Translations under genes and position numbers: made by a program
In this document: piece by piece, positions 18,437-29,233 of the stretch
How the letters are laid out: each line of letters opens with the position of its first letter
Position numbering within the stretch: position 1 is the stretch's first letter
Notes under the pieces: model-generated
The model's database searches: none
The model's input: only the letters and a program-made list of their open reading frames with translations
What the model was told of the DNA's origin: nothing
Assembly: GCA_016195915.1 (NCBI GenBank)
Contig: JACPYS010000055.1
Span: 516 to 64,515, forward strand
Origin: Betaproteobacteria bacterium
GTDB lineage: Bacteria > Pseudomonadota > Gammaproteobacteria > Burkholderiales > SG8-39
Direction: 5' to 3'
Length of the DNA stretch: 64,000 bases

Positions 18437-21172
18437 TTATGGGGCACCTGCCCCGCCCTCGCGTGCCGCCATCAGCTTCGCCAACGCCGAGGCCAGCGCA
18501 TCCAGCGACTGCACGCCGGGAAGCGTGACGGCGAGGCGAAGCTTGCCGTCCGCTCCGGTTTCGACGCATTCCTGAAGACCGGCCCTGAGCGCCGAGACGG
18601 CTTGGGGCGCGGGTGCGGCGGATGCGCCGGCGGGAAGAAATTCTCCGAGGAAGGAAAAAGCCGCTGCAAGCAAATGCCCGCCCGCTTCGGACACGCGCTG
18701 TTTGCGCAGTGCAAGCGCCGCGGCCTCGGCCTCGGCGCGCTGCTGCATGGACACGTCCGGCGAACCCTCGGGCCTGGCGCCGAGCAACGCCTCGAGGCGG
18801 CGCTTCAGTTCCTCGATACCGCTGGCAAGCTGCACTTCGCGCAGTTCGGAGTCGGGATCGAGCACGGCCGTGGCAAGCTCGTGTTTCGCCGAGAGCGTGG
18901 CGAGCAGGTTTTCCTCGATCGTATTTTCGGTGATCATCAGATACACCTGCACCGGCCGCTTCTGGCCCATGCGGTGCGCGCGCGAGATGCGCTGCTCCAG
19001 CAGCGCCGGGTTCCACGGCAGTTCGAGGTTGATGACGGTGTCGGCGGCCTGAAGATTCAGGCCGGTCGCACCTGCATTGGAGGTGAGAAAAGCGCGGCAA
19101 GTAGCTTCGGTCTGAAACCTGTGCACAAGCCGGCTGCGCTGTTTCTGCGGCACGCTGCCATCCAGGCGGACGAAATCGGCCTTGAGCCGCTTGAGCAACG
19201 GCTCGATCAGATCGAGCATCGTGGTCCACTCGCTGAACACGATCAGCTTGCGGGCGGGCTCGGCACAAAGCGTTTCGAGCAGCTCGCCGACGCGCTCGAG
19301 CTTGGTAGAGAAGCCGGGCGGCTGCTTGTCCACGAGGAAGGTGCTGTTGGCCGACATGCGCGCGAGCAGCAGCGCCTTTTGCAGGCGCAGCAGGTCCATC
19401 TCGCTGAGGAAGGACTTGCCGGTGATCGTCTGCACGAGCTGCATCTGAGCGCCGTGAAGCTGAAGTTGCTCGTCGGTGGGCGTGACGCGAACGATTTCGG
19501 TCGTGCGCCGCGGCAGCTCCATCGCCACGCTCGCGCGCGTGCGGCGCAGAAGCACCGGTTTCAGATGCTGGCGCAACGCATCCAGGTTCTTGTATCCCAG
19601 GACCTTGCCGGTTTCGGTTGCGACGCGGTGACGATTGATGAAGCGGTACGCCGGGCCCAGCCGGCGATCGTCGATGAATTCGACCACTGAATACAGGTCG
19701 TCGAGCCGATTCTCCAGCGGCGTGCCCGTGAGCACCAGCGCGAAGGGTGAACGCAGGCACTTGATGATGCGGCTCGTTTTTGCTTCCCAGTTCTTGATGC
19801 GCTGCGCCTCGTCAAGGATGATGAGATCCCACCTCGTGCGCTCGATGTCGAGGAAGTCGCGCAGCACCTGCTCGTAGTTGCACACCGTGAAGAACGCGCC
19901 GTCTGCGTATTGAGCGCTGCGTTCGGCACTTTTCCCGCTCACGAGTTGCACGCTGCGCTCGCAAAAGCGTCCGATCTCGGCGCGCCACTGCGACTTGAGC
20001 GAGGCGGGGCAGACGACGAGCACACGCCCGATGCCGGCCTGGCGGGCGAGCAATTCCGCCACGCCCACGCCCTGGATGGTCTTTCCCAGGCCCATTTCGT
20101 CGGCCAGTACTGCGCGCCCCGCGCCGGCGGCGAAGGCGATGCCGGCGAGCTGATATGGCAGCAGCTCGACCTTCAGCAGCTCACGCCGCAGCAAATGCCC
20201 GCGCGGATCGCGACGAAGCTCGTCGACCAGCGCGCTCATGCGATGCCGATGCATGGCCTGGCCGAGAAATTCTTCCGCGTCGGGATAAACGAGCACGTCC
20301 TCGCCCTGCCGCGAGAGCCTGCGGACCACCTCGAACAATTCGATCAGCTCGTGAGGTTCGCGCGCGAAGCGCTCTCTCCAGGGAGTCACGATCGCCCTGG
20401 CGGAGGAAGAAATGCGGGCCGGTGCTTCCAGGCCCAGGCGCAGATCGCCGTCGTAGCGGGCAAACACGGCGATCCGGTCGGGCACCCACTTCGCCGCCAT
20501 GCCGTGAGGGCCGAACTTCCTTCGCGTCGAAGCTTGCACCTTGATGACGTGCTTGCATGTTCCGAGCGCGTTTTTCCTGAAGTCCGGACACGAGCAGTAG
20601 CTCTGACCGCGCTCCCGGCCGCGCAGGGCGACGCGATAGGTCTTGCCGGAGGCCGCACTCGCCACCAGGTAGTCCGTCCAGGGCGTGGTCGAATCGGCGG
20701 ATTTCACCGTCATCTTCTCTTCGCGCGCGCGTTGTTCCCGCTCCGCAAGCGCGCGCGACTCCAGCGCTTGCTCCGAAAGCAGCTCCCACGGCGTGTCTTC
20801 ATCGGGTGCGACCGCCAGTCCGAGCGACGTTTTCTCCTCCAGAATCAGCGCGAGGGCTGCGCCCTCGTGCAGCAGCGCTCTGTCGCCCGAGCGGTTGCAC
20901 CCGATGTGCAGCCGGTCCCGATACCCGGGATGCAACGCCACCCGGACCACGAGCGGATCGCGCTTGTCGCCAATTCGGCCGCCGGTGTCGGGAAAGGTGA
21001 CCTGGCAAGACTCATCGGTGAGACGTACTTGCGCCTCTACATCGATTTCGATCTTGCCGCCCATGGCCAACCAGTGCGCGCCTTTCGGCCCGAGGAGCTT
21101 TTGCGCTTGGACGAAGGAGAGGCGGGAAAGCTTGTCTTTGAGCGTGAGCTGGGCGGAGGATTTGAAGCGCAT
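18437..21172 (-). CDS. SWIM zinc finger + SNF2-family helicase/ATPase
   Basis: CSCPDF...CKH (SWIM), LADEMGLGKT, LDEAQRIKN, LTGTPLEN, GLNLQAAD..PWNP..QRISRAHRMGQ. Start uncertain (ATG 21172 chosen). Confidence 0.88.
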   Translation of the reverse strand: MRFKSSAQLTLKDKLSRLSFVQAQKLLGPKGAHWLAMGGKIEIDVEAQVRLTDESCQVTFPDTGGRIGDKRDPLVVRVALHPGYRDRLHIGCNRSGDRALLHEGAALALILEEKTSLGLAVAPDEDTPWELLSEQALESRALAEREQRAREEKMTVKSADSTTPWTDYLVASAASGKTYRVALRGRERGQSYCSCPDFRKNALGTCKHVIKVQASTRRKFGPHGMAAKWVPDRIAVFARYDGDLRLGLEAPARISSSARAIVTPWRERFAREPHELIELFEVVRRLSRQGEDVLVYPDAEEFLGQAMHRHRMSALVDELRRDPRGHLLRRELLKVELLPYQLAGIAFAAGAGRAVLADEMGLGKTIQGVGVAELLARQAGIGRVLVVCPASLKSQWRAEIGRFCERSVQLVSGKSAERSAQYADGAFFTVCNYEQVLRDFLDIERTRWDLIILDEAQRIKNWEAKTSRIIKCLRSPFALVLTGTPLENRLDDLYSVVEFIDDRRLGPAYRFINRHRVATETGKVLGYKNLDALRQHLKPVLLRRTRASVAMELPRRTTEIVRVTPTDEQLQLHGAQMQLVQTITGKSFLSEMDLLRLQKALLLARMSANSTFLVDKQPPGFSTKLERVGELLETLCAEPARKLIVFSEWTTMLDLIEPLLKRLKADFVRLDGSVPQKQRSRLVHRFQTEATCRAFLTSNAGATGLNLQAADTVINLELPWNPALLEQRISRAHRMGQKRPVQVYLMITENTIEENLLATLSAKHELATAVLDPDSELREVQLASGIEELKRRLEALLGARPEGSPDVSMQQRAEAEAAALALRKQRVSEAGGHLLAAAFSFLGEFLPAGASAAPAPQAVSALRAGLQECVETGADGKLRLAVTLPGVQSLDALASALAKLMAAREGGAGAP

Positions 21173-21230
21173 CGGAATTCCGCGCTTGGCGTTTGCGACG
21201 TGATCCCGAGACGGTGGAAAAACGCGAGAT

Positions 21231-21806
21231 TCAACCGGCTGTCGCCAGCCAAACCTCCGCAAGCGAGATCGCCACATCAGGCCTGAGCTGCGGCGAGATG
21301 ATCGCATCCCGGGCCGGAGAAAGCTCCGTGCGATAGCCCTCCGGCCGTGGGCCGCGATAGATTGTCGTGGCCCCGCTCGCCGCGTCGAACAACCAAGCCT
21401 CCGGGATATCGTGCCGCGCGTATAGCGGAATCTTGATATCGCGGTCGCGTGCCAGCGTCGTGTCGGCGACCTCGATCACGAGCAGAATGTCGTTCGCGGT
21501 CGGCACCGCGGCGCGCCCCCAGCACTCGGAACGAAGTAAAACGATGTCCGGTTGCGGCTCGCTATCGGGGGGAATGCAGATCGGATTCTGCACCGAGACC
21601 ACTGCCGATCGTCCCAGCCGCATGGAGAAAAGCTGCGCGAGAACGTTTACCAGACGAAGATGCGGCCCGCCGATCGGTGCCATGGTCACCAGATCTCCGT
21701 GAATGAGTTCGAGTCGCTCCTCGGGAGCGAACAACCCCACCTCACCCATCCGGTGGTAGTCCTCCACGCTCAATGTGCGCCGCGGCAGCGGAATTTCAGC
21801 ACCCAT
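21231..21806 (-). CDS. Uma2-family (DUF820) endonuclease-fold protein
   Basis: SVEDYHRM, ELIHG, SEPQPD, LVIEVADTTL..DR..K..LYA..IPE.W. Confidence 0.9.
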   Translation of the reverse strand: MGAEIPLPRRTLSVEDYHRMGEVGLFAPEERLELIHGDLVTMAPIGGPHLRLVNVLAQLFSMRLGRSAVVSVQNPICIPPDSEPQPDIVLLRSECWGRAAVPTANDILLVIEVADTTLARDRDIKIPLYARHDIPEAWLFDAASGATTIYRGPRPEGYRTELSPARDAIISPQLRPDVAISLAEVWLATAG

Positions 21807-21945
21807 GAGTCACGATTGTACGAGTTCTCGGGCGACGCCGGTATCGCCGCAGCAGCGCTCGCCGATCCCTCCCCCTCTGGCGCCCGGCCGGAAATCGGTC
21901 TATAAAACGGCCGTCAGTTTGTTCCACCCCTATGGAGGAGGAGTC

Positions 21946-22677
21946 ATGAAGACCATCAATCGCAGAGACGCTCTCAAGATGTTTGGCGCATTTGCAGCGT
22001 TCAGTTCGGCCGCGGGCGCGCTGTCCCCGCTTGCCCGGGCCGCGCAGATCAAGCCGGATGCGAAGAGCGTGCTGATCGTCGTGGACGTGCAGAATTGCTT
22101 CGTGCCCGGCGGCAGCCTCGCGGTGCAGAAAGGCGAAGAAGTTGTGCCGATCATCAACAAGCTGGCAAAGGCGTTTCAGAACGTGGTCATCACGCAGGAC
22201 TGGCACCACCCGCAGCACGTTTCGTTCGCCTCGCAACACGCCGGCAAGAAGCCATTCGAGACGGTCAAACTGCCCTACGGCACCCAGGTGCTGTGGCCGG
22301 ATCATTGCGTGCAGGGCACCGACGGCGCGGGGCTGCACAAGGACCTGCAGATTCCGAACGCGCAGCTGGTGATTCGCAAGGGGTTCCGCCAGAACGTGGA
22401 CAGCTACTCGGCTTTCGTCGAGGCCGACGCGAAGACACCCACCGGCCTCGCGGGTTACCTCAAGGCGCGCGGCATCAAGACATGTTACGTCGCGGGGCTG
22501 GCCACGGATTTCTGCGTTGCCTGGACGGCGCTCGATGCGCGCAAGGCCGGATTCGAAGCTTCGGTGATCGAAGACGCCTGCCGCGGCATCGACCTGCAAG
22601 GTTCGATGGCAAAGGCCTGGGCAAGCATGAAATCGGCAGGGGTGAAACGCGTGCAGTCATCGGAGTTCGTCGCCTGA
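21946..22677 (+). CDS. pncA: nicotinamidase/pyrazinamidase with Tat signal peptide
   Basis: VDVQNCF.PGGSL, TQDWH, LWPDHCVQGT, DSYSAF, GLATDFCV; N-terminal NRRDALK...ARA. Confidence 0.9.
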   Translation: MKTINRRDALKMFGAFAAFSSAAGALSPLARAAQIKPDAKSVLIVVDVQNCFVPGGSLAVQKGEEVVPIINKLAKAFQNVVITQDWHHPQHVSFASQHAGKKPFETVKLPYGTQVLWPDHCVQGTDGAGLHKDLQIPNAQLVIRKGFRQNVDSYSAFVEADAKTPTGLAGYLKARGIKTCYVAGLATDFCVAWTALDARKAGFEASVIEDACRGIDLQGSMAKAWASMKSAGVKRVQSSEFVA

Positions 22678-22784
22678 ACCTGTTCTCGCCGACTGCTTGG
22701 TTTGACGCAGGTCAAGCCGAAGCGGCGGCCGCGCCCAGGTTTCCCGTTATAAAATAGCGACTTATTTTTCCTCCCGATGACTGC

Positions 22785-24032
22785 ATGACGCTATTCGCCC
22801 TCGGCTTGAACCACCAGACCGCGCCGCTGCCGATCCGCGAGCGCGTGGTGATCCATGTCGAGCGCATGCGCGACGCGCTCGCCGAGCTGACGCGCGGCCG
22901 GCGGGTGACCGAGGCGGCGATCCTTTCCACCTGCAACCGCACCGAGCTGTATGTCGCCGCCGACCAGCCGAAAATTGCGGCGCATTGGCTGGCGGAGTAT
23001 CACCGCCTCAAGCCGGACGAGCTCTCGCCGTATCTGTACACCTTGCCAAGCGAGGGCGCGGTGCGTCACGCCTTTCGCGTGGCCTCGGGTCTCGATTCGA
23101 TGGTGCTGGGCGAGCCGCAGATTCTCGGCCAGATGAAGGAGGCGGCGCGCACCGCCGAGTCGGCGGGTACGCTCGGCACGCTGCTCAGCAAACTGTTCCA
23201 GAAATCGTTCGCGGTCGCCAAGGACGTGCGCACCAATACCGAGGTCGGCGCCGCGAGCGTGTCGATGGCCGCCGCCGCGGTGAAGCTCGCGGCACGCATC
23301 TTCGCTTCGCTGCACGAGCAGAAGCTGCTGTTCATCGGCGCGGGCGAGATGATCGAGCTGTGCGCGACGCACTTTGCGGCGCAGAACCCGGCGCGCGTCA
23401 CGGTGGCGAACCGCTCGATCGAGCGGGGCGAAGCGCTCGCGCACCGTTTCAGCGGCCATGCCATCGAGCTCAAGTCGCTCGCCGAGAATCTTCACGAGTA
23501 CGACATCGTCGTTTCCTGCACGGCCAGCTCGCTGCCGATTCTCGGCCTGGGCATGGTGGAGCGCGCGCTTCGCGCGCGCCGCCGCCGTCCCATTTTCATG
23601 GTCGACCTTGCGGTGCCACGCGATATCGAGCCGGAAGTCGGCGAACTCGACGACGTGTTCCTGTACACCGTGGACGACCTCGCCGGCATCGTATCGGGCA
23701 ATCTCGATCAGCGCCGCGCAGCCGTGGAGCAGGCCGAGGCAATCATCGAGACGCAGGTCGGCCAGTTCATGCACTGGCTCGCCGCGCGCGAGGCGGTGCC
23801 GGCAATCCGGCTGCTGCGCGAGAGCGCGGAGCAGGCCCGCAGGCACGAAGTCGAGCGCGCGCTGAAAATGCTCTCGCGCGGCGACGATCCGCAGCAGGTG
23901 CTCGAGGCGCTCTCTCAAGGCCTCACCAACAAGCTCATGCACGCTCCGACCCGGGCGCTCAACGAGGCTTCGGGCGATGAGCGCGGTGCGCTCACCGAAC
24001 TGGTGACGCGCCTGTTCCACCTCAAGCCCTAG
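22785..24032 (+). CDS. hemA: glutamyl-tRNA reductase
   Basis: [38 protein letters not shown]. Confidence 0.97.
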   Translation: MTLFALGLNHQTAPLPIRERVVIHVERMRDALAELTRGRRVTEAAILSTCNRTELYVAADQPKIAAHWLAEYHRLKPDELSPYLYTLPSEGAVRHAFRVASGLDSMVLGEPQILGQMKEAARTAESAGTLGTLLSKLFQKSFAVAKDVRTNTEVGAASVSMAAAAVKLAARIFASLHEQKLLFIGAGEMIELCATHFAAQNPARVTVANRSIERGEALAHRFSGHAIELKSLAENLHEYDIVVSCTASSLPILGLGMVERALRARRRRPIFMVDLAVPRDIEPEVGELDDVFLYTVDDLAGIVSGNLDQRRAAVEQAEAIIETQVGQFMHWLAAREAVPAIRLLRESAEQARRHEVERALKMLSRGDDPQQVLEALSQGLTNKLMHAPTRALNEASGDERGALTELVTRLFHLKP

Positions 24033-24064
24033 CGTCTTTCGGCGGTGACCCGCGTGGCTCGCCC

Positions 24065-25174
24065 ATGAAGCTCTCATTGCGCGCGAAGTTGGACAGCCTT
24101 GCCTCGCGCCTCGACGAGGTCGGCGGCCTGCTCGCAGAAGAAAAGGCGACCAGGGACATGGAAAGCTTTCGCAGGCTCTCGCGCGAGCATTCCGAATTGA
24201 CCGGTCTGGTGGAGCTTTATCGCCGTTTCCAGGGCACCGAGGCCGACGCGCAGGCGGCGCGCGAGCTGGCGGCGGACCCGGCGATGAAGGAATACGCCGA
24301 CGAGGAATTGAAGAGCGCCCGCGCCGCGCTGGAAAAGCTCGAGGCCGAGTTGCAGCAGGCGCTGCTCCCGAGCGACCCGAATGACGATCGCAACCTGTTT
24401 CTCGAGGTGCGCGCGGGAACCGGCGGCGATGAATCGGGGCTGTTCGCGGGCGACCTGTTCCGCATGTACCTGCGTTACGCCGAGCGCCACGGGTGGCAGG
24501 TCGAAGTGATCTCGGAAAGCCCCTCGGAACTGGGCGGCTACAAGGAAGTGATCGCCCGCCTGATCGGGCAGGGCGCTTATTCGAAGCTGAAGTTCGAATC
24601 CGGCGCGCACCGGGTGCAGCGCGTGCCCGAGACCGAAGCGCAAGGGCGCATTCATACGTCGGCGTGCACGGTGGCCGTGCTCCCGGAGGTCGATGCGGTG
24701 GACGACGTGGTGCTCAATCCGGCCGAATTGCGCATCGACACTTTTCGTGCTTCGGGCGCGGGCGGACAGCACGTCAACAAGACGGACTCAGCGATACGCA
24801 TCACGCATCTTCCTACCGGGATCGTGGTCGAATGCCAGGACTCGCGCTCGCAGCACAAGAATCGGGAAAAGGCGCTCGGGGTGCTTGCTGCGCGCATCAA
24901 GGACAAGCAGGAACGCGAGCAGCACGCGAAGACTGCATCGGCGCGCAAGTCGCTGGTCGGCTCGGGCGACCGCTCGGAGCGGATTCGCACCTACAACTTT
25001 CCGCAGGGGCGGGTCACCGACCACCGCATCAATCTGACGCTGTACAAGATCGACCGCATCATGGACGGGGAACTCGACGAGTTGATCGGCGCGCTCGCCT
25101 CCGAGTTCCAGGCAGAGCGGCTGGCGCAGGTGGCCGAGGCCGAGGAACCAGTGGCGGCGCGCACTGGCGCCTGA
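24065..25174 (+). CDS. prfA: peptide chain release factor 1
   Basis: RVQRVPETE (PxT), GAGGQHVN; hemA-prfA-prmC order. Confidence 0.97.
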   Translation: MKLSLRAKLDSLASRLDEVGGLLAEEKATRDMESFRRLSREHSELTGLVELYRRFQGTEADAQAARELAADPAMKEYADEELKSARAALEKLEAELQQALLPSDPNDDRNLFLEVRAGTGGDESGLFAGDLFRMYLRYAERHGWQVEVISESPSELGGYKEVIARLIGQGAYSKLKFESGAHRVQRVPETEAQGRIHTSACTVAVLPEVDAVDDVVLNPAELRIDTFRASGAGGQHVNKTDSAIRITHLPTGIVVECQDSRSQHKNREKALGVLAARIKDKQEREQHAKTASARKSLVGSGDRSERIRTYNFPQGRVTDHRINLTLYKIDRIMDGELDELIGALASEFQAERLAQVAEAEEPVAARTGA

Positions 25175-25184
25175 CCGCGGAAAG

Positions 25185-26012
25185 ATGAAGGTCGGAGAAG
25201 CGCTCGCGGCCAGCGGCCTGTCGATTGTCGAGGCGCGGTTGCTGCTCGAGCGCGCGACGGGCTGGCCGCGTGTGACGCTCATTGCCCGCCCGGAGCACGA
25301 ACTGAGTGAACCGGCGGCGCGCGATTTCATCGCTCTTTCGGAGCGTCGACGAGCCGGCGAACCCGTCGCCTATCTGTTATGCGAACGCGAGTTCTACGGA
25401 CTTTCCCTCGCGGTCGGCCCCGCGGTTCTGATCCCGCGGCCGGAGAGCGAATTGCTGGTGGAGCTGGCGCTCGAGCGGCTTGCACCGGGTGCCTCAGATC
25501 GCGTTCTCGATCTCGGCACCGGTTCAGGTGCGGTGGCACTCGCGATCAAACACGAACGGCCGGATGCAGCTGTATGCGCGGTCGAAGCGTCCCCGGCCGC
25601 GCTCGAAGTCGCGCGGTCGAACGCGCGGCGGCTCGCACTGGTGATTGAATTCTTCGAAGGTCGCTGGTTTGAACCGCTGGGCGCGCGGCGCTTCGAATTG
25701 ATCGTCGGCAATCCGCCTTATGTCGCCCGAGGAGATCCGTACCTTGCGACGGGCGACCTGCGCTTCGAACCGCGCGAAGCGCTGGTGGCCGGGGCGGATG
25801 GCCTGGATGCGATACGCGAGATCGTGAAGGCGGCCGCCGCATATCTCGAACCAGGCGGCTGGATATGCCTGGAGCATGGCATTGGACAGGGCGCGGCGGT
25901 CCGCGCGCTATTCGCGCAGGCGGGTCTTGCAGATGTGCAGTCCTGGCCCGATCTTGCGGGCATTGCGCGCGTGACGGGGGCGCGATTGACGAGCCTTACC
26001 GGTAACGGCTAG
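25185..26012 (+). CDS. prmC: release factor glutamine methyltransferase
   Basis: VLIPRPE, DLGTGSG, NPPY. Confidence 0.95.
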   Translation: MKVGEALAASGLSIVEARLLLERATGWPRVTLIARPEHELSEPAARDFIALSERRRAGEPVAYLLCEREFYGLSLAVGPAVLIPRPESELLVELALERLAPGASDRVLDLGTGSGAVALAIKHERPDAAVCAVEASPAALEVARSNARRLALVIEFFEGRWFEPLGARRFELIVGNPPYVARGDPYLATGDLRFEPREALVAGADGLDAIREIVKAAAAYLEPGGWICLEHGIGQGAAVRALFAQAGLADVQSWPDLAGIARVTGARLTSLTGNG

Positions 26013-26048
26013 AATCCGATCAAATTACTCAAGTATTTGGAGGCTGGT

Positions 26049-26378
26049 ATGGACACTCAGCAGACGATCAAGCAGCAGGTAACCGGAAATCCGGTGGTGC
26101 TTTACATGAAGGGAACGCCGCAGGCTCCCCAGTGCGGTTTCTCCCAGCTCGCGGTCCAGGTACTGCGCGCTTGCGGGGTGAACGAGTTTTTCAGCGTGAA
26201 CGTGCTGGAGAACCCGGAGATCCGCCAGGGCATCAAGGAATTCGCCAACTGGCCCACGATTCCCCAGCTGTACGTGAGCGGCGAGTTCATCGGGGGATCG
26301 GACATCGTGCGCGAGATGTATGAATCGGGCGAGCTGCAGAAGCTGCTCACCGAAAAGCTCGGCATGCAGGCTTCCTAG
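26049..26378 (+). CDS. grxD: monothiol glutaredoxin Grx4
   Basis: MKGTP..PQCGFS, WPTIPQLY, GGSDI. Confidence 0.95.
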   Translation: MDTQQTIKQQVTGNPVVLYMKGTPQAPQCGFSQLAVQVLRACGVNEFFSVNVLENPEIRQGIKEFANWPTIPQLYVSGEFIGGSDIVREMYESGELQKLLTEKLGMQAS

Positions 26379-26426
26379 CCGTCGGTCTCGATCGGCGCCG
26401 CGCGGTTTGCGCGCACGGTGTTCGAA

Positions 26427-27719
26427 TCAGACGCCCGAGAGGCGGATGTTGGCCATCGACAGCCGTTCGACCAGGATCTGCAGGAACGCGTGGTCGAAAT
26501 TGTGCCGGCACGCCTCGGATGCTTCGGCCAGGCCCTGCGTTGGAATGGAGACGATCTTCGCCTCGTCGAGAACCGTCACGTCCGCACCGCGCACCTGCGC
26601 GGCCTTCGACAGGTACGCCATTTCGCCGAAACATTCGCCCGGCCCCAGGATGTTGAGCAGTTTCCCCCGCTTGGTGACCTTTACCTGTCCGCTTGCGAGG
26701 AGGCCGAAGAACGTGCCGGGTTCGCCTTCCTTGGTCAGCATCTCGCCGACCGCGCAATGGCGCCAGCTGCTGATGCGCGCCACCTCCCAGATCTCGGCGT
26801 CGCTGAATTCCGCGAAAAAAGCGAGCGAGCGCAGCGTATTGAACTTGTCCGAATCGGCGAACTCCTGCGTCCGGTCGCTGAGTTTTTCGTCGCGAAATGC
26901 GTCGGCGAGGTCGCGCGAGAAGTCTTCCCACTCCGGGTAGCGGTTCTCCAGATCCCTTGCCATCGCGCGTTTTACGATCGTGTCCACGCTGGTCGGAATC
27001 TCCGGGCGATAGGACGAGGGCGGGGCGGGATCGACGTTGGTGATCTGGTAGATCAGGCTGAAGTTGTTGCTCGCCTGGAACGGCAGCCGCCCCGCGAGCA
27101 GGTGGTACATCACCACGCCCAGCGAGTAAATGTCGGTACGGTGATCGAGCGGGTGCTCCTTCACCTGCTGCGGCGACATGTACGCGGGCGAACCGATCGC
27201 CGAGACCTGGGTGCGGTCGCCTGTCGCCACCAGCGCCGCCCCGAAATCGCTGATCTTCACGTCCGTCTCGCCGCTGTGCAGAATGTTCGCGGGCTTCAAA
27301 TCGCGATGGGTGATTCCCATGCGGTGCGCGAACTCGAGCGCCCGCGTGCACTTGAACACGATTTCCACCACGCGCTCCACGGGGAGCAACTGTTGCGGAT
27401 CGCAGAACTTTTCCAGTGTTCCGCCGTCGACGTACTCCATCACGATGTAGTGCAGGTTTTCCTCGGCGACCGCATCGTAGATCTGGGAAATATGCGGGTG
27501 AACCAGCTTGCCGGCGAGCGACGCCTCGGTGACGAACAGGTTCTTGTAGACCTTGCCGTGCTCCGGATTGTTGAACACGTCCTGCATCACGAGCTTGACC
27601 GCGACCTCGCGATTGTTGAACGGATCCTTGCAGAGAAATACCTCGCTCGTCGCGCCTTCGCCGAGCTTGCGCAGGACGTGGTACTTGCCGATCCGTTCCG
27701 GAGTTCCTCTCTCGCTCAT
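26427..27719 (-). CDS. Ser/Thr protein kinase with C-terminal cNMP-binding domain
   Basis: [32 protein letters not shown], then [10 protein letters not shown]...RGADV. True start MSERG at 27719, overlapping the argH stop. Confidence 0.9.
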   Translation of the reverse strand: MSERGTPERIGKYHVLRKLGEGATSEVFLCKDPFNNREVAVKLVMQDVFNNPEHGKVYKNLFVTEASLAGKLVHPHISQIYDAVAEENLHYIVMEYVDGGTLEKFCDPQQLLPVERVVEIVFKCTRALEFAHRMGITHRDLKPANILHSGETDVKISDFGAALVATGDRTQVSAIGSPAYMSPQQVKEHPLDHRTDIYSLGVVMYHLLAGRLPFQASNNFSLIYQITNVDPAPPSSYRPEIPTSVDTIVKRAMARDLENRYPEWEDFSRDLADAFRDEKLSDRTQEFADSDKFNTLRSLAFFAEFSDAEIWEVARISSWRHCAVGEMLTKEGEPGTFFGLLASGQVKVTKRGKLLNILGPGECFGEMAYLSKAAQVRGADVTVLDEAKIVSIPTQGLAEASEACRHNFDHAFLQILVERLSMANIRLSGV

Positions 27720-29137
27720 TGCTCCCCCCAGATCGCCAGCCGCTTGCGCCCCCGCGCGACCGCCGCGCGCACTGCGCGCGGCGCGGTGCCGCCGATGTGA
27801 TCGCGCGCGGCGACCGAACCTTCGAGCGTGAGCACCTGGAAAACATCCTTGTCGATGGCGCTCGAAAACCTCTTCAGCACCGCAAGCGGAAGGCCCGAGA
27901 GGCCGCAGCCGGTGAGCTCCGCCTCCCGCACCGCGCGCGCGACGACACCGTGCGCGTCGCGAAACGCGACGCCCTTGCGCACGAGGTAGTCGGCAAGATC
28001 CGTGGCGGTGGAAAAACCTTCCAGCGCCGCCTCGCGCATGTTCTCCGGGCGCGCCTCCAGCCCTGCGACCAGGCTCGTGAAAACGGCGAGGCTGTCGCGC
28101 AGCGTGTCGACGGTGTCGAACAGCGGTTCCTTGTCTTCCTGGTTGTCCTTGTTGTAGGCAAGCGGCTGGCCCTTCATCAGCGCAAGCAACGCCATCAGGT
28201 GGCCGAATACGCGAGCGCTCTTGCCGCGCACCAGTTCCGGAACGTCCGGGTTCTTTTTCTGCGGCATGATCGACGATCCGGTGCAGAAGCGATCCGGCAG
28301 CCGCACGAACGCGAAGCGCGGGTTCATCCACAGCACCAGCTCTTCGGCGAAGCGCGACAGGTGCATCATCACAAGCGACGCGCAAGCGGCGAATTCGATC
28401 GCGAAATCCCGATCCGACACGGCGTCGATCGAGTTCGCCGCGACCTCGTTGAAATCGAGCTCCCGGGCAACGCGCGCGCGATCGATGGGGAATGTGGTGC
28501 CCGCGAGCGCGGCGGCGCCGAGCGGCAGGCGGTTGACGCGCCTGCGGCAATCGCCGAGCCGCTCGCGGTCGCGCTCGAACATTTCGAAATAGGCGAGCAG
28601 GTGATGGCCGAACGTCACGGGTTGCGCGACCTGCAGGTGCGTGAAACCGGGCATGACTGTGGCGGCGTGGCGCTCGGCCTGTTCCAGCAGAGCGCGCTGC
28701 AGAGCTTCGAGCTGCCCGGCGATCCGGTCAATCTCGCCGCGCAGCCACAGGCGCACGTCGGTCGCCACCTGGTCATTTCGCGAGCGCGCCGTATGCAGGC
28801 GCTTGCCGGCGTCGCCGACGAGCTCGACCAGCCGGCGCTCGATGTTGAGGTGCACGTCCTCCGCATCCAGCGACCAGGCGAACTTGCCGCCGGAGACCTC
28901 GCGTTCGATCTGCTTCAGCCCGCGCTCGATGGCGGCCAGATCTGAAGGGGAGAGAATTTCTCGTGCCGCGAGCATGCGCGCGTGAGCCAGCGAGCCGCGA
29001 ACGTCGTGCAGTGCGAGGAGCTGGTCGAATCCGACGGACGCCGTGAACCGCTTCACCAACTCGTCTACCGGCTCGTCGAAGCGGCCGGACCAGGGCTGTG
29101 CCGGTTCAGGGCGCTTTTTTGATTGTCGGGAAGCCAT
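27716..29137 (-). CDS. argH: argininosuccinate lyase
   Basis: [35 protein letters not shown]. Confidence 0.97.
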   Translation of the reverse strand: MASRQSKKRPEPAQPWSGRFDEPVDELVKRFTASVGFDQLLALHDVRGSLAHARMLAAREILSPSDLAAIERGLKQIEREVSGGKFAWSLDAEDVHLNIERRLVELVGDAGKRLHTARSRNDQVATDVRLWLRGEIDRIAGQLEALQRALLEQAERHAATVMPGFTHLQVAQPVTFGHHLLAYFEMFERDRERLGDCRRRVNRLPLGAAALAGTTFPIDRARVARELDFNEVAANSIDAVSDRDFAIEFAACASLVMMHLSRFAEELVLWMNPRFAFVRLPDRFCTGSSIMPQKKNPDVPELVRGKSARVFGHLMALLALMKGQPLAYNKDNQEDKEPLFDTVDTLRDSLAVFTSLVAGLEARPENMREAALEGFSTATDLADYLVRKGVAFRDAHGVVARAVREAELTGCGLSGLPLAVLKRFSSAIDKDVFQVLTLEGSVAARDHIGGTAPRAVRAAVARGRKRLAIWGEQ

Positions 29138-29233
29138 GGGGCATACTGGAGCGAACCTGCGGGCCGAGTGCGAAGCTAAACCTGAAGCAACGGTGATGCA
29201 ACACCTGAAGCAACGCCATCTGTTCGCAACGCC

